NCBI GenBank assembly: GCA_045807565.1
Contig: JBJMHD010000146.1
Coordinates: 3,085 to 67,084, forward strand
Direction of reading: 5' to 3'
From: Acidimicrobiales bacterium
GTDB taxonomy: Bacteria > Actinomycetota > Acidimicrobiia > Acidimicrobiales > VFJN01
Length of the DNA: 64,000 bases
The notes beneath the pieces were generated by a model. The model searched no databases. It was not told the origin of the DNA and saw nothing but the letters and a program-made list of their open reading frames with translations. The stretch's first letter is position 1. Each line of letters opens with the position of its first letter. Shown in pieces: positions 43,140 to 51,081 of this stretch. Both the position numbers and the translations under genes were made by a program.

Positions 43140-44566
43140 GCGCCCGGCGCGCCGCTCGGGGCGTCGCCATCGCCACCTGCGGGGCCGTCGCGTTCCTCGG
43201 CTTCGGCGACGCCCGAGCCCAGGAGGCGCCTCCCGAGGCACTCGGCGGCTACCAGGGCCTGGGGGCCTCGACGGGCCTGAACGCGTACTACCTCCCGCAG
43301 GGCGCGCTGCCCCTCGAGACCTTCATCGACCTCGGCGCACCTGACGCCCTCGCCAGCATCACCAGCGGCCCGACCACGTTCGCGCGGGCGTCGGCTGCCG
43401 ATCCCGGGGACCTGCTGGCGAGCCCCGAGACCCTCTTCACCAACGCGAGCCCCGACTACCCAGCGGGCACCGTCCCGAGCTACCCGTACCGCGTGAGCGC
43501 CACCAGCGGCTTCGGGGCACCCGCGGCCGAGTCCGAGCCCGCGCCCGGGTTGCGGGCCGAGGTCGAGGCGAAGCAGAACGGCTCCACCGCGCGCGCAACG
43601 ATGCCGCGAGCGGCGGCGCCCGCGGTGGCGACCTTCGGCTCCGTCAGCGCAAGCGCGAGCACCAGCACGGACGGGTCCACGGTCAGCGTGCACGTGCGGA
43701 CGACGATGAGCGACTTCAACCTGCTCGGCATGCTGCTGATCGACTCCATCGTCACCGACCTCACCGCCACCTCGGACGGCACGACGACGAAGCTCACCGG
43801 CGACACCAAGGTGTCCGGAGCAGAGATCCTCGGCACGCCGGTGACCATCGACGACGACGGCATCCACGGCTCGCCCCGGCAACCGTCGACGTCGGGCCCG
43901 GGCCCCCTGATCGGGGCGATCGGCAGCGCCACCGACCCGCTGGCTGAGGTGCTCGCCGGTGCCGACGGCTTCGACGAGGTCCTCAGGTCGGCGGGCATCC
44001 GGGTGACAGCAGCCCGACCGGTGGAGCAGGACGCCGGCACCGAGGGTCAGCTCGACTCAGGCGGCCTCCGCATCGACTTCGAGCTCTCCAGCAGGACCGC
44101 ACCCGCCCTCGTCACGCTCACCGACGCGCTGCCGCCGGTCGAGCCCATCGTGCCGGGCGCGCCCGGGGTCGAGGACCTGGTGGCCTTCGCCCGGGCCCAC
44201 CACCTCACCCGCCTCGAGGTCGCCCGAGGGATGGTGAGCCTCGCCGCCACCCCGGCGTTCACCTACGAGGCCCCGCCGTTCGCATCCCCGGGCGACAGCG
44301 GCACCGCCGGGTTCGCGCCGACGGGTGACGTCCCCGTCGCCGCGCCCGCCGCGGCCAGCCCGGTGTCGCCGACCCAGCCGGGCAGCCCCCTCTCCACCAC
44401 CCCCGCCACGGCCCTCCCCGACCTGCCGCTCGGGGTGGGGATCGGCGCGCTCGTCGCCCTCGTCCTCCTCGCCCAACCCTTCCTCGGCGCCCGCCTCGCC
44501 CGGTTCTCCACCGGCCTGCTCGCGGCCGGCGACACCGCCAGCTGTCCCCTGGAGGAACGACCATGA
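43136..44566 (+). CDS. secreted, C-terminally membrane-anchored protein of unknown function
   Basis: The ATG overlaps the permease stop (ATGA). It has a signal peptide ending GDARAQE, a Ser/Thr/Ala/Gly-rich body and a Pro-rich stalk, then a TM helix GVGIGALVALVLLAQPFLG. Third-codon positions are strongly G/C. Confidence 0.55.
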   Translation: MSARRAARGVAIATCGAVAFLGFGDARAQEAPPEALGGYQGLGASTGLNAYYLPQGALPLETFIDLGAPDALASITSGPTTFARASAADPGDLLASPETLFTNASPDYPAGTVPSYPYRVSATSGFGAPAAESEPAPGLRAEVEAKQNGSTARATMPRAAAPAVATFGSVSASASTSTDGSTVSVHVRTTMSDFNLLGMLLIDSIVTDLTATSDGTTTKLTGDTKVSGAEILGTPVTIDDDGIHGSPRQPSTSGPGPLIGAIGSATDPLAEVLAGADGFDEVLRSAGIRVTAARPVEQDAGTEGQLDSGGLRIDFELSSRTAPALVTLTDALPPVEPIVPGAPGVEDLVAFARAHHLTRLEVARGMVSLAATPAFTYEAPPFASPGDSGTAGFAPTGDVPVAAPAAASPVSPTQPGSPLSTTPATALPDLPLGVGIGALVALVLLAQPFLGARLARFSTGLLAAGDTASCPLEERP

Positions 44567-45042
44567 CGACCGAGCCCACCCCCACCGCCCCCGCGGGGCT
44601 CACCCTGGAGGAGCGCGAGGCCCGCCTGGCCGACGGTGCCGACGAGCTGGCCAAGGGGCACCGCTCCCTGCAGTCCCACCCGCAGCTGCTGGTGGGCGTG
44701 GCGGCTGCGCTGATGACCACCGGGCTCTCGATCATCGTCCTCGGGTGGTTCGGTGCTGCTCGCTCCACCATCGTGGAGGAGCAGATCCCCTACCTCATCT
44801 CCGGGGGTCTGCTCGGGGTGGCGCTGGCCACGATCGGCGCCCTCACGCTGTTCGCCCACTGGCTCACGGTCCTCGTCCGCGAGAACCGCCGGCAGGAGAC
44901 GGTGCGCAAGCAGGAGCACGTCGAGCTGATGGAGGCGCTCGCTCAGCTCACCGCCGCCCTCGACCGGAAGGAGGGGACGAATGCCCGTGCTCGAAGTGCT
45001 CAGCCTGAACGTGCGGTTCGGCGAGCATCAAGCCGTCCGTGA
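44563..45042 (+). CDS. small two-TM membrane protein with coiled-coil ends, unknown function
   Basis: The ATG overlaps the upstream stop (ATGA). It has two hydrophobic helices (LLVGVAAALMTTGLSIIVLGWF and LISGGLLGVALATIGALTLFAHWL). Its last 62 nt overlap the next gene. Confidence 0.45.
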   Translation: MTTEPTPTAPAGLTLEEREARLADGADELAKGHRSLQSHPQLLVGVAAALMTTGLSIIVLGWFGAARSTIVEEQIPYLISGGLLGVALATIGALTLFAHWLTVLVRENRRQETVRKQEHVELMEALAQLTAALDRKEGTNARARSAQPERAVRRASSRP

Positions 45043-45706
45043 CGTCTCCCTGTCCGTCGACGGTGGAGAGATCGTCGGCCTGATCGGCCCGAACGGGGCC
45101 GGGAAGACCACCACCTTCAACGCCATCGCGGGCGTGCAACGCTGCGAGGGATCAGTGCACCTCGGCGGCATCGACATCTCGACCGCCACGCCGCAACGCC
45201 GCGCCAAGCTCGGGATGAACCGCACCTTCCAGCGGCTCGAGGTGTTCGGCTCGATGACGGCGTACGACAACGTGCGCACCGCCGCGGAGATCGCGGCGCG
45301 CGCCCGCAACGAGTCGATGAAGCCAGCCGTGGCGACGGCGGATCGCCTCGTCGACGTCCTCGGCCTGACGGACGTCACCGGCCACCGAGCCGATGCCCTG
45401 CCCACCGGGCGGGCGAGGTTGGTGGAGCTCGGGCGCGCCCTCGCCACGGCCCCCAAGGTGCTCCTGCTGGACGAACCGGCATCGGGCCTGGACGACGTGG
45501 AGACGCGTCGCCTGGCGTCCGTCCTCGAAGACCTGCGGGACCAAGGGCTGGCGGTGCTGCTCGTCGAGCACGACATCGACCTCGTGATGAGCCTCTGCTC
45601 GCGGATCTACGTGCTCCACCTCGGCGAGCTCATCGCGCAGGGCACACCCGCGCAGGTACGCGAAGATCCCTACGTGCGAGAGGCGTACCTCGGCGCCGAG
45701 GTCTGA
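44981..45706 (+). CDS. ABC transporter ATP-binding protein (LivG-like)
   Basis: The ATG is preceded by a GGAGGGG SD. It has GPNGAGKTT and LLLDEPASGLD, and a C-terminal EAYLG. Confidence 0.85.
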   Translation: MPVLEVLSLNVRFGEHQAVRDVSLSVDGGEIVGLIGPNGAGKTTTFNAIAGVQRCEGSVHLGGIDISTATPQRRAKLGMNRTFQRLEVFGSMTAYDNVRTAAEIAARARNESMKPAVATADRLVDVLGLTDVTGHRADALPTGRARLVELGRALATAPKVLLLDEPASGLDDVETRRLASVLEDLRDQGLAVLLVEHDIDLVMSLCSRIYVLHLGELIAQGTPAQVREDPYVREAYLGAEV

Positions 45707-45709
45707 GCG

Positions 45710-47221
45710 GTGGCAAGCAGGCGGGCGGGCGCGCTGCTCGTCGCCGCCCTCGTGCTGGTCGCGGCCGCCTCGTGCACGAGCCACGAGAGCTCCGATGAGG
45801 AGGGCGACGACGTGACCCCCGCGACCGTGGACCGTCCCGCCGGGGCCGCGGCGAAGCTGGGTGGTCCCCTCACGGGCGGCCACGGCATCAACCTGGTGAC
45901 GGCCGGCGGTGGTCCCTCCCTCGCCGAGGTCGGGTACACCGAGGCGGAGTACACGGCGAGCGGCACCGCCACCTCCTACGCCACGACGCAGGATCCCTCG
46001 CCCACCGACGGCCACCTGGAGCTGGAACCGAACGGCGAGGCCGAGTACACCACCCGCGTCGTCGTGCGCCGGCCGGCGGACCCTGCCGCGTTCAACGGCA
46101 CCGTGGTGCTCGAGTGGCTCAACGTGAGCGCAGGCGCCGACTCGGCCCCCGGCTACACCTACCTCGCCGACGAGCTCGTGCGGGGCGGATACGCGTGGGT
46201 CGGGGTCTCCGCCCAGCAGGTGGGGATCGAGGGCGGCGTCGTCGCCGCCGCTCCGGACGTCGAGGGAGCGGGGCTCGGCCGGGGGCTCAAGGCGAACGAT
46301 CCAGAGCGCTACGGCTCGCTCGACCACCCGGGCGACGCCTTCTCCTACGACATGTACACGCAGGTCGCCCGGGCCCTGCGCGCCCCCGACTCGCCCGATC
46401 CCCTCGATGGCCTCGACGTGCGGTGGGTGGTGGCGATGGGCCAATCCCAGTCCGCGGCCGCGCTCACCACCTACGTGAACGGGGTGCAGCCGCTCACCGA
46501 GGCGTTCGACGGCTTCCTCATCCACAGCCGCTTCGGCGGCGCCGCACCCCTCGGCGAGCCGGGCGAGGCGTTCGAGATCGTGTCCATGATCAGGTCGGAT
46601 CCCGTGCCGCTCCGAACCGACGGGCGAGCCCCGGTCCTCGTCGTGGAGACCGAGACCGACGTCGTGGGGTTCCTCCTCTACCTTCCGGCGCGGCAGCCCG
46701 ACGACGAGCGGCTGCGGCTCTGGGAGATCGCGGGCACGGCCCACGCCGACAAGACCCAGGCCGGTGCCGGGGAGGCGCTGTTCGGCTGCCCGCTGCCGAT
46801 CAACCGTGGGCAGCAGCGGTTCGTCCTCCGAGCGGCGCTGCGCCACCTCGTGGGGTGGGTCGAGGGCCGTTCGAGCCCGCCCGAGGCCGACCGCCTCGAG
46901 GTGGACGACAGCGGCGCGGCGCCGAGGCTCGTCGTCGACGACGTGGGGAACGCGCGCGGCGGGGTGCGCACACCAGCGGTGGACGCACCCGTCGACGTCC
47001 TGTCGGGGACCGCCCAACCGGGCGCGCCGATCGTCTGCCTCCTCAGCGGCTCCACCGTGCCCCTCGACGAGGCGCAGCTCGCAGCCCGCTACGAGTCACC
47101 GGACGACTACCTGGCCCAGTACGAGGCCGCGACCGACGACATGATCGAGCGCGGCTTCGCGCTGCGCGACGACCGCGACCAGCTCCTGGCCGACGCCGAC
47201 CCTGGGCGGCTCGCCGGCTAG
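45710..47221 (+). CDS. lipoprotein, possible alpha/beta-hydrolase-fold protein
   Basis: GTG start 4 nt after the upstream stop. It has the signal + lipobox LVAAASC and a nucleophile-elbow-like MGQSQSA. The family assignment is from memory only. Confidence 0.55.
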   Translation: MASRRAGALLVAALVLVAAASCTSHESSDEEGDDVTPATVDRPAGAAAKLGGPLTGGHGINLVTAGGGPSLAEVGYTEAEYTASGTATSYATTQDPSPTDGHLELEPNGEAEYTTRVVVRRPADPAAFNGTVVLEWLNVSAGADSAPGYTYLADELVRGGYAWVGVSAQQVGIEGGVVAAAPDVEGAGLGRGLKANDPERYGSLDHPGDAFSYDMYTQVARALRAPDSPDPLDGLDVRWVVAMGQSQSAAALTTYVNGVQPLTEAFDGFLIHSRFGGAAPLGEPGEAFEIVSMIRSDPVPLRTDGRAPVLVVETETDVVGFLLYLPARQPDDERLRLWEIAGTAHADKTQAGAGEALFGCPLPINRGQQRFVLRAALRHLVGWVEGRSSPPEADRLEVDDSGAAPRLVVDDVGNARGGVRTPAVDAPVDVLSGTAQPGAPIVCLLSGSTVPLDEAQLAARYESPDDYLAQYEAATDDMIERGFALRDDRDQLLADADPGRLAG

Positions 47222-47229
47222 GCCGCCGC

Positions 47230-48366
47230 CTACGCGGGACGCGCCTTCGTCGTGAGCTCCACCGGCACGTACTCGGGGTCGGACTCGTCCCGCATGCTGA
47301 ACCGCCACCGGCAGCACACGTCGCCGTCGTCGACGCGGGGCGGGATGGCGAGGATGTCCACCTTCATGTTCGGGTTGTAGAGCTTGGTGGTGACGATCAT
47401 CGACTTCGGACAGGTGGAGTGGCAGTTCTTCTCCAGGATGTCCGGGCGACCCATGCCCTCCCACTGGTCGACCGCGACGCAGCGGTTGAAGGTCATGATC
47501 CCCACGTCCGGCTCCGGCATCTCGAAGGAGAGGTCGAACGCCTTCCCTGGCAGGGCCGTCGCGTCCATCTGGAGGTCCTTCATCCAGTCCTCCACCGTGT
47601 TGCCGGTGATCCCGAGGTACTGGGCCTTGAGCTCCTTCACGCCCGGGAGGACGACGTCGCCCCAGAGCGTGTACTGGATGTCGAACATCACATCGAGGCC
47701 GTAGCGGAGGACGAGCTGCGCGGCCCAGCCCTCGATGCACTGCAGCAGGTACTCGTGGCTCCCGAGGAACCACGTGACGAGCTCGGGCTTGGCCAGCTCG
47801 TCCAGCTCCGCGCTCGGTGAGAAGAGCCCCGAGTAGACCACGCGGGTGCGGCTGCGCCGCTCCTCGGGCACGGATCCGTTCGGATCCTCGTACGGGTGGC
47901 CGGCGGGGAGGAACTCGGCCTTCATGCGCTCGAGCTCGGGGCTCATCTGGTCGTTCCAGGCCGCCCACTCGATCTCAGCGCTGGTGTCGGCGCCGTAGCG
48001 CGTCGCGACCTCGTCGAACCATCCGTCCACGCACAGCTGGAGGTATGCCTCGCTCCAGGGGATGATCCTCGTGGCCAGCGCCTCCCGCGAGAAGTCGGTG
48101 AACCGAAGGTCGGCGCGATACGGGCCGCTGTAGTCCGCCAGCTCCGCGCCGGAGTCGACGTCGAGCTGCTGGCGGACGTCGAGGTCGGTGCGCGGGTAGG
48201 TGACGGTGTCGTCGACCTTCGGGAACCTCGGGTAGTCCACGAGGTCGACCCCGAGCATCAGCACGAAGTCGTCGGGGACGTGCTCCTCGCCGAGGTGCGC
48301 CCCGGGCTTCCGGACCTCCAGGAACGTGTCGAGCTGGGCGTCGTCGCGGCTGGTCGAGGGTGTCAT
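47230..48366 (-). CDS. hypothetical protein with internal duplication and Cys-rich C-terminus
   Basis: 378-aa ORF with coding-like composition. Residues ~105-153 and ~203-251 align to each other. The C-terminal Cys pattern RC..., NCHSTC, DVCCRWRF faintly recalls the ATC-hydrolase-like family. Confidence 0.6.
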   Translation of the reverse strand: MTPSTSRDDAQLDTFLEVRKPGAHLGEEHVPDDFVLMLGVDLVDYPRFPKVDDTVTYPRTDLDVRQQLDVDSGAELADYSGPYRADLRFTDFSREALATRIIPWSEAYLQLCVDGWFDEVATRYGADTSAEIEWAAWNDQMSPELERMKAEFLPAGHPYEDPNGSVPEERRSRTRVVYSGLFSPSAELDELAKPELVTWFLGSHEYLLQCIEGWAAQLVLRYGLDVMFDIQYTLWGDVVLPGVKELKAQYLGITGNTVEDWMKDLQMDATALPGKAFDLSFEMPEPDVGIMTFNRCVAVDQWEGMGRPDILEKNCHSTCPKSMIVTTKLYNPNMKVDILAIPPRVDDGDVCCRWRFSMRDESDPEYVPVELTTKARPA

Positions 48367-48377
48367 GCGGACCGACC

Positions 48378-48393
48378 CTAGCCGATCGGCTAG
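48378..48393. promoter_or_regulatory. 16-bp perfect palindrome CTAGCCGATCGGCTAG, candidate operator of TetR 48444..49025
   Basis: Read directly from the sequence. It lies 11 nt from the start of the minus-strand gene and 50 nt from the TetR start. Confidence 0.5.
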
Positions 48394-48443
48394 CCCCGCC
48401 CTGCCACCGTCGGCTCGGGCGTCGACCCCGGTAGGTTCCCGCC

Positions 48444-49025
48444 GTGCCCGATGCCGAGGTCGTGACGCTCCGCGAGCGGGCGGCGCGCTACTCCCCCGCC
48501 CAGCGGCGCACCATCGACGTCGCCCTGCAGCTGTTCGCGGCGCACGGCGTGGGCGGCACGTCGCTGCAGATGATCGCCGACGACGTCGGGGTCACGAAGG
48601 CGGCGATCTACCACCAGTTCTCCACGAAGGAGGCGATCGTCCTCGGCGTGATCGACGTGAAGCTCCAGCCGTTGGAGGACGCCATCGAGGCGGCGGAGTC
48701 CGCCGCCCTCACGCGGGCGGCACGCGAGGCGGTGCTCGTGCGGGTGGTCGACACGGTGGTCGCCAACCGTCGGGCCCTCGGCCCGCTCCAGAACGACCCG
48801 GTGCTGTTCCGGCTCCTCGGGGAGCACGAGCCCTCACGGCGGCTCTGGGTCCGCCTGTTCTCCGAGCTCCTCGGCGACGACCGCGGCGCGCAGGCGCGCG
48901 TCCGTGCCGCGGTCCTGTCGGCCGCCATCGGCGCCGCCGCCCACCCGTTCGTGGAGGACCTCGAGGACGACACCCTGCGCCACGAGCTCCTCCAGATCAC
49001 CCACGCACTGGTCTTCGGGGACTGA
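48444..49025 (+). CDS. TetR-family transcriptional regulator
   Basis: The HTH is IDVALQLFAAHGVGGTSLQMIADDVGVTKAAIYHQFSTKEAI. It is divergent from 47230..48366, with a 16-bp perfect palindrome between them. Confidence 0.85.
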   Translation: MPDAEVVTLRERAARYSPAQRRTIDVALQLFAAHGVGGTSLQMIADDVGVTKAAIYHQFSTKEAIVLGVIDVKLQPLEDAIEAAESAALTRAAREAVLVRVVDTVVANRRALGPLQNDPVLFRLLGEHEPSRRLWVRLFSELLGDDRGAQARVRAAVLSAAIGAAAHPFVEDLEDDTLRHELLQITHALVFGD

Positions 49026-49077
49026 GCCGTCCCCGCCCACGCAGGAGGACGGCCGGCTGCGCCGAACTGAGGTCTCC

Positions 49078-49899
49078 ATGGCCATCGACGAGGTGAGCGA
49101 GGCGATCGTGCTGCCCGATCCAGGGGCAGCCCGCGACCCGCAGGCAGTCGCCGCCTTCATGAGGGTGGTCGCGCCGCTGATGCGGACGTACTTCCGCAGC
49201 GAGGTGCGCGGGATGGAGCACGTCCCGGCCGGGGGTGCCTTGGTGGTCGGCAACCACAGCGGCGGGATGCTCACCATGGACCTGCCGGTGTTCCTCACCG
49301 CGTTCGTCGATGAGTTCGGCTTCGAGCGCCCGTTCCACCTCCTGTCCCACGAGGGCCTCTTCATGCTGGGCCCGGTCGGCCGCCTGTTCCGCGCGTGGGG
49401 GATGGTCGAGGCCACTCGCGAGAACGCCGAGCAGCTGCTCCGCGCCGGCGGGGTGACGATGGTGTTCCCGGGGGGCGAGTACGACGCCGCCCGACCCTTC
49501 TCCGAGCGGAACCAGATCGACTTCGGCGGACGCACGGGCTACGTCCGCACCGCGAGCGAAGCGGGCGTCCCGATCATCCCGTCGGTGTCCATCGGCGGCC
49601 ACGAGACGCAGCTGTTCCTCGGCCGCGGCGAGCAGCTCCTCAAGGGGCTGGGGCTCGACAAGCTCTTCCGCGCCCGAGGGATCCCGTTCAGCTTCGGCTT
49701 CCCGTTCGGGTTCAGCGCCGTTCTCCCGGTGAACCTCCCGCTCCCGTCGAAGATCGTGACCTCGGTCCTCGCTCCCATCGACCCCGGCGACGACCTCACT
49801 CCCGAGGGCATCGCGGCGGTCGACGCACAGGTGCGCACCGCGATGCAGACTGAGCTCGACGCGCTCGCGGCCGAGCGCCGCTACCCCGTCCTCGGCTGA
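49078..49899 (+). CDS. PlsC-like lysophospholipid/glycerolipid acyltransferase family protein
   Basis: It has VVGNHSGGMLTMD, an FPGGEYDA block and a VPIIPSVSIGG block. Confidence 0.6.
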   Translation: MAIDEVSEAIVLPDPGAARDPQAVAAFMRVVAPLMRTYFRSEVRGMEHVPAGGALVVGNHSGGMLTMDLPVFLTAFVDEFGFERPFHLLSHEGLFMLGPVGRLFRAWGMVEATRENAEQLLRAGGVTMVFPGGEYDAARPFSERNQIDFGGRTGYVRTASEAGVPIIPSVSIGGHETQLFLGRGEQLLKGLGLDKLFRARGIPFSFGFPFGFSAVLPVNLPLPSKIVTSVLAPIDPGDDLTPEGIAAVDAQVRTAMQTELDALAAERRYPVLG

Positions 49900-49927
49900 C
49901 TCGGCCGGACCCCGCAAGGAGCACCGC

Positions 49928-51070
49928 GTGTCCTCGCCTTCCCCTGCCGTCCCGCTCGACGACGACGCCGGCGGGATCCCCGGGCCGACGACCCACCCGC
50001 TGGCCTCGGCGTTGGGCATGGGCGCCTGGGGGCTGCGCATGGCACCGGAGGTCGCGACGGGCCTCGCCCGACTGCTCCTGAACCCGGCCCGGCTGTACCG
50101 CCGCGCCCGGGGCCAGTCGCGCACCGCCCGAACGCTCGGCGACGCGCTCTCCGAGGTGGTCACGGGCCCCAAGGGGATCACCGCTCCCAGCGTGGCCACG
50201 GTCGGCCGGCTGGTGCTCGACAGCGGTCGCTACCGCGTGGCACGGGGCGTCGCGTACGGGCCAGCACGGGGCCAGGTGCTCGACGTGTGGCGGTCACCCG
50301 ACCTCGACCCGGCGACGAGCTCGGCGCCCGTGCTCGTGTACGTCCCTGGTGGCGGCTGGGTGTTCGGCTCGACCGCGCTGCAGGGCACCGCGCTGCTGGG
50401 CCACCTCGCGGCGCACGGATGGGTGTGCGTCAGCGTGGGCTACCGAGCCTCGCCGCAGCACCGCTGGCCCACCCACCTCCACGACGTGAAGCGCGCGCTG
50501 GGCTGGGTCCACGGCACCATCGCAGAGCACGGCGGTGACCCCGAGCAGATCGCCATCGCCGGTGCGTCCGCGGGAGGCCACCTGGCCGCCCTCGCCGCGC
50601 TCACGCCCGGCGACACCTCGCTGCAGCCCGGGTTCGAAGGCGACCGCACCGATGTGACCGCGGTGGTCGGGCTCTACGGCCGCTACGACTGGGAGAGCCG
50701 CGACACCCTCGAGCGACAGCGGTTCATGGCGTTCCTCGAGCGGATCGTGGTCGGTGCGACGCAGGCCGAGGCGGCCCACCTGTTCGCGGCCGCGTCCCCG
50801 ATCGCCCTCGCCGGCGACCACGCTCCGCCCTTCCTCGTCGTCCACGGTCGCAGCGACGCCGTCATCCCCGTGCACCAGGCGCGCGAGTTCGTGGCTCGGC
50901 TCCGCGAGGTGTCCGCCGCGCCCGTCGCCTACGCCGAGCTCCCGGGCACCGGCCACGCCTTCGACCTCATCGACCCGTTCCGCGCCGCCCACCTGGCGCG
51001 CGCCGTGGAGCTGTTCCTGCGCACGGTCCAGGTCGACTCGGCACGACCGCCCGCGGAGCAGACGGCCTGA
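49928..51070 (+). CDS. alpha/beta hydrolase (esterase/lipase, Abhydrolase_3-like) with N-terminal extension
   Basis: It has the oxyanion region VPGGGWVFGS, the nucleophile elbow GASAGGH and a distal GTGHAFD. Confidence 0.75.
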   Translation: MSSPSPAVPLDDDAGGIPGPTTHPLASALGMGAWGLRMAPEVATGLARLLLNPARLYRRARGQSRTARTLGDALSEVVTGPKGITAPSVATVGRLVLDSGRYRVARGVAYGPARGQVLDVWRSPDLDPATSSAPVLVYVPGGGWVFGSTALQGTALLGHLAAHGWVCVSVGYRASPQHRWPTHLHDVKRALGWVHGTIAEHGGDPEQIAIAGASAGGHLAALAALTPGDTSLQPGFEGDRTDVTAVVGLYGRYDWESRDTLERQRFMAFLERIVVGATQAEAAHLFAAASPIALAGDHAPPFLVVHGRSDAVIPVHQAREFVARLREVSAAPVAYAELPGTGHAFDLIDPFRAAHLARAVELFLRTVQVDSARPPAEQTA

Positions 51071-51081
51071 GAGACCTGCGC

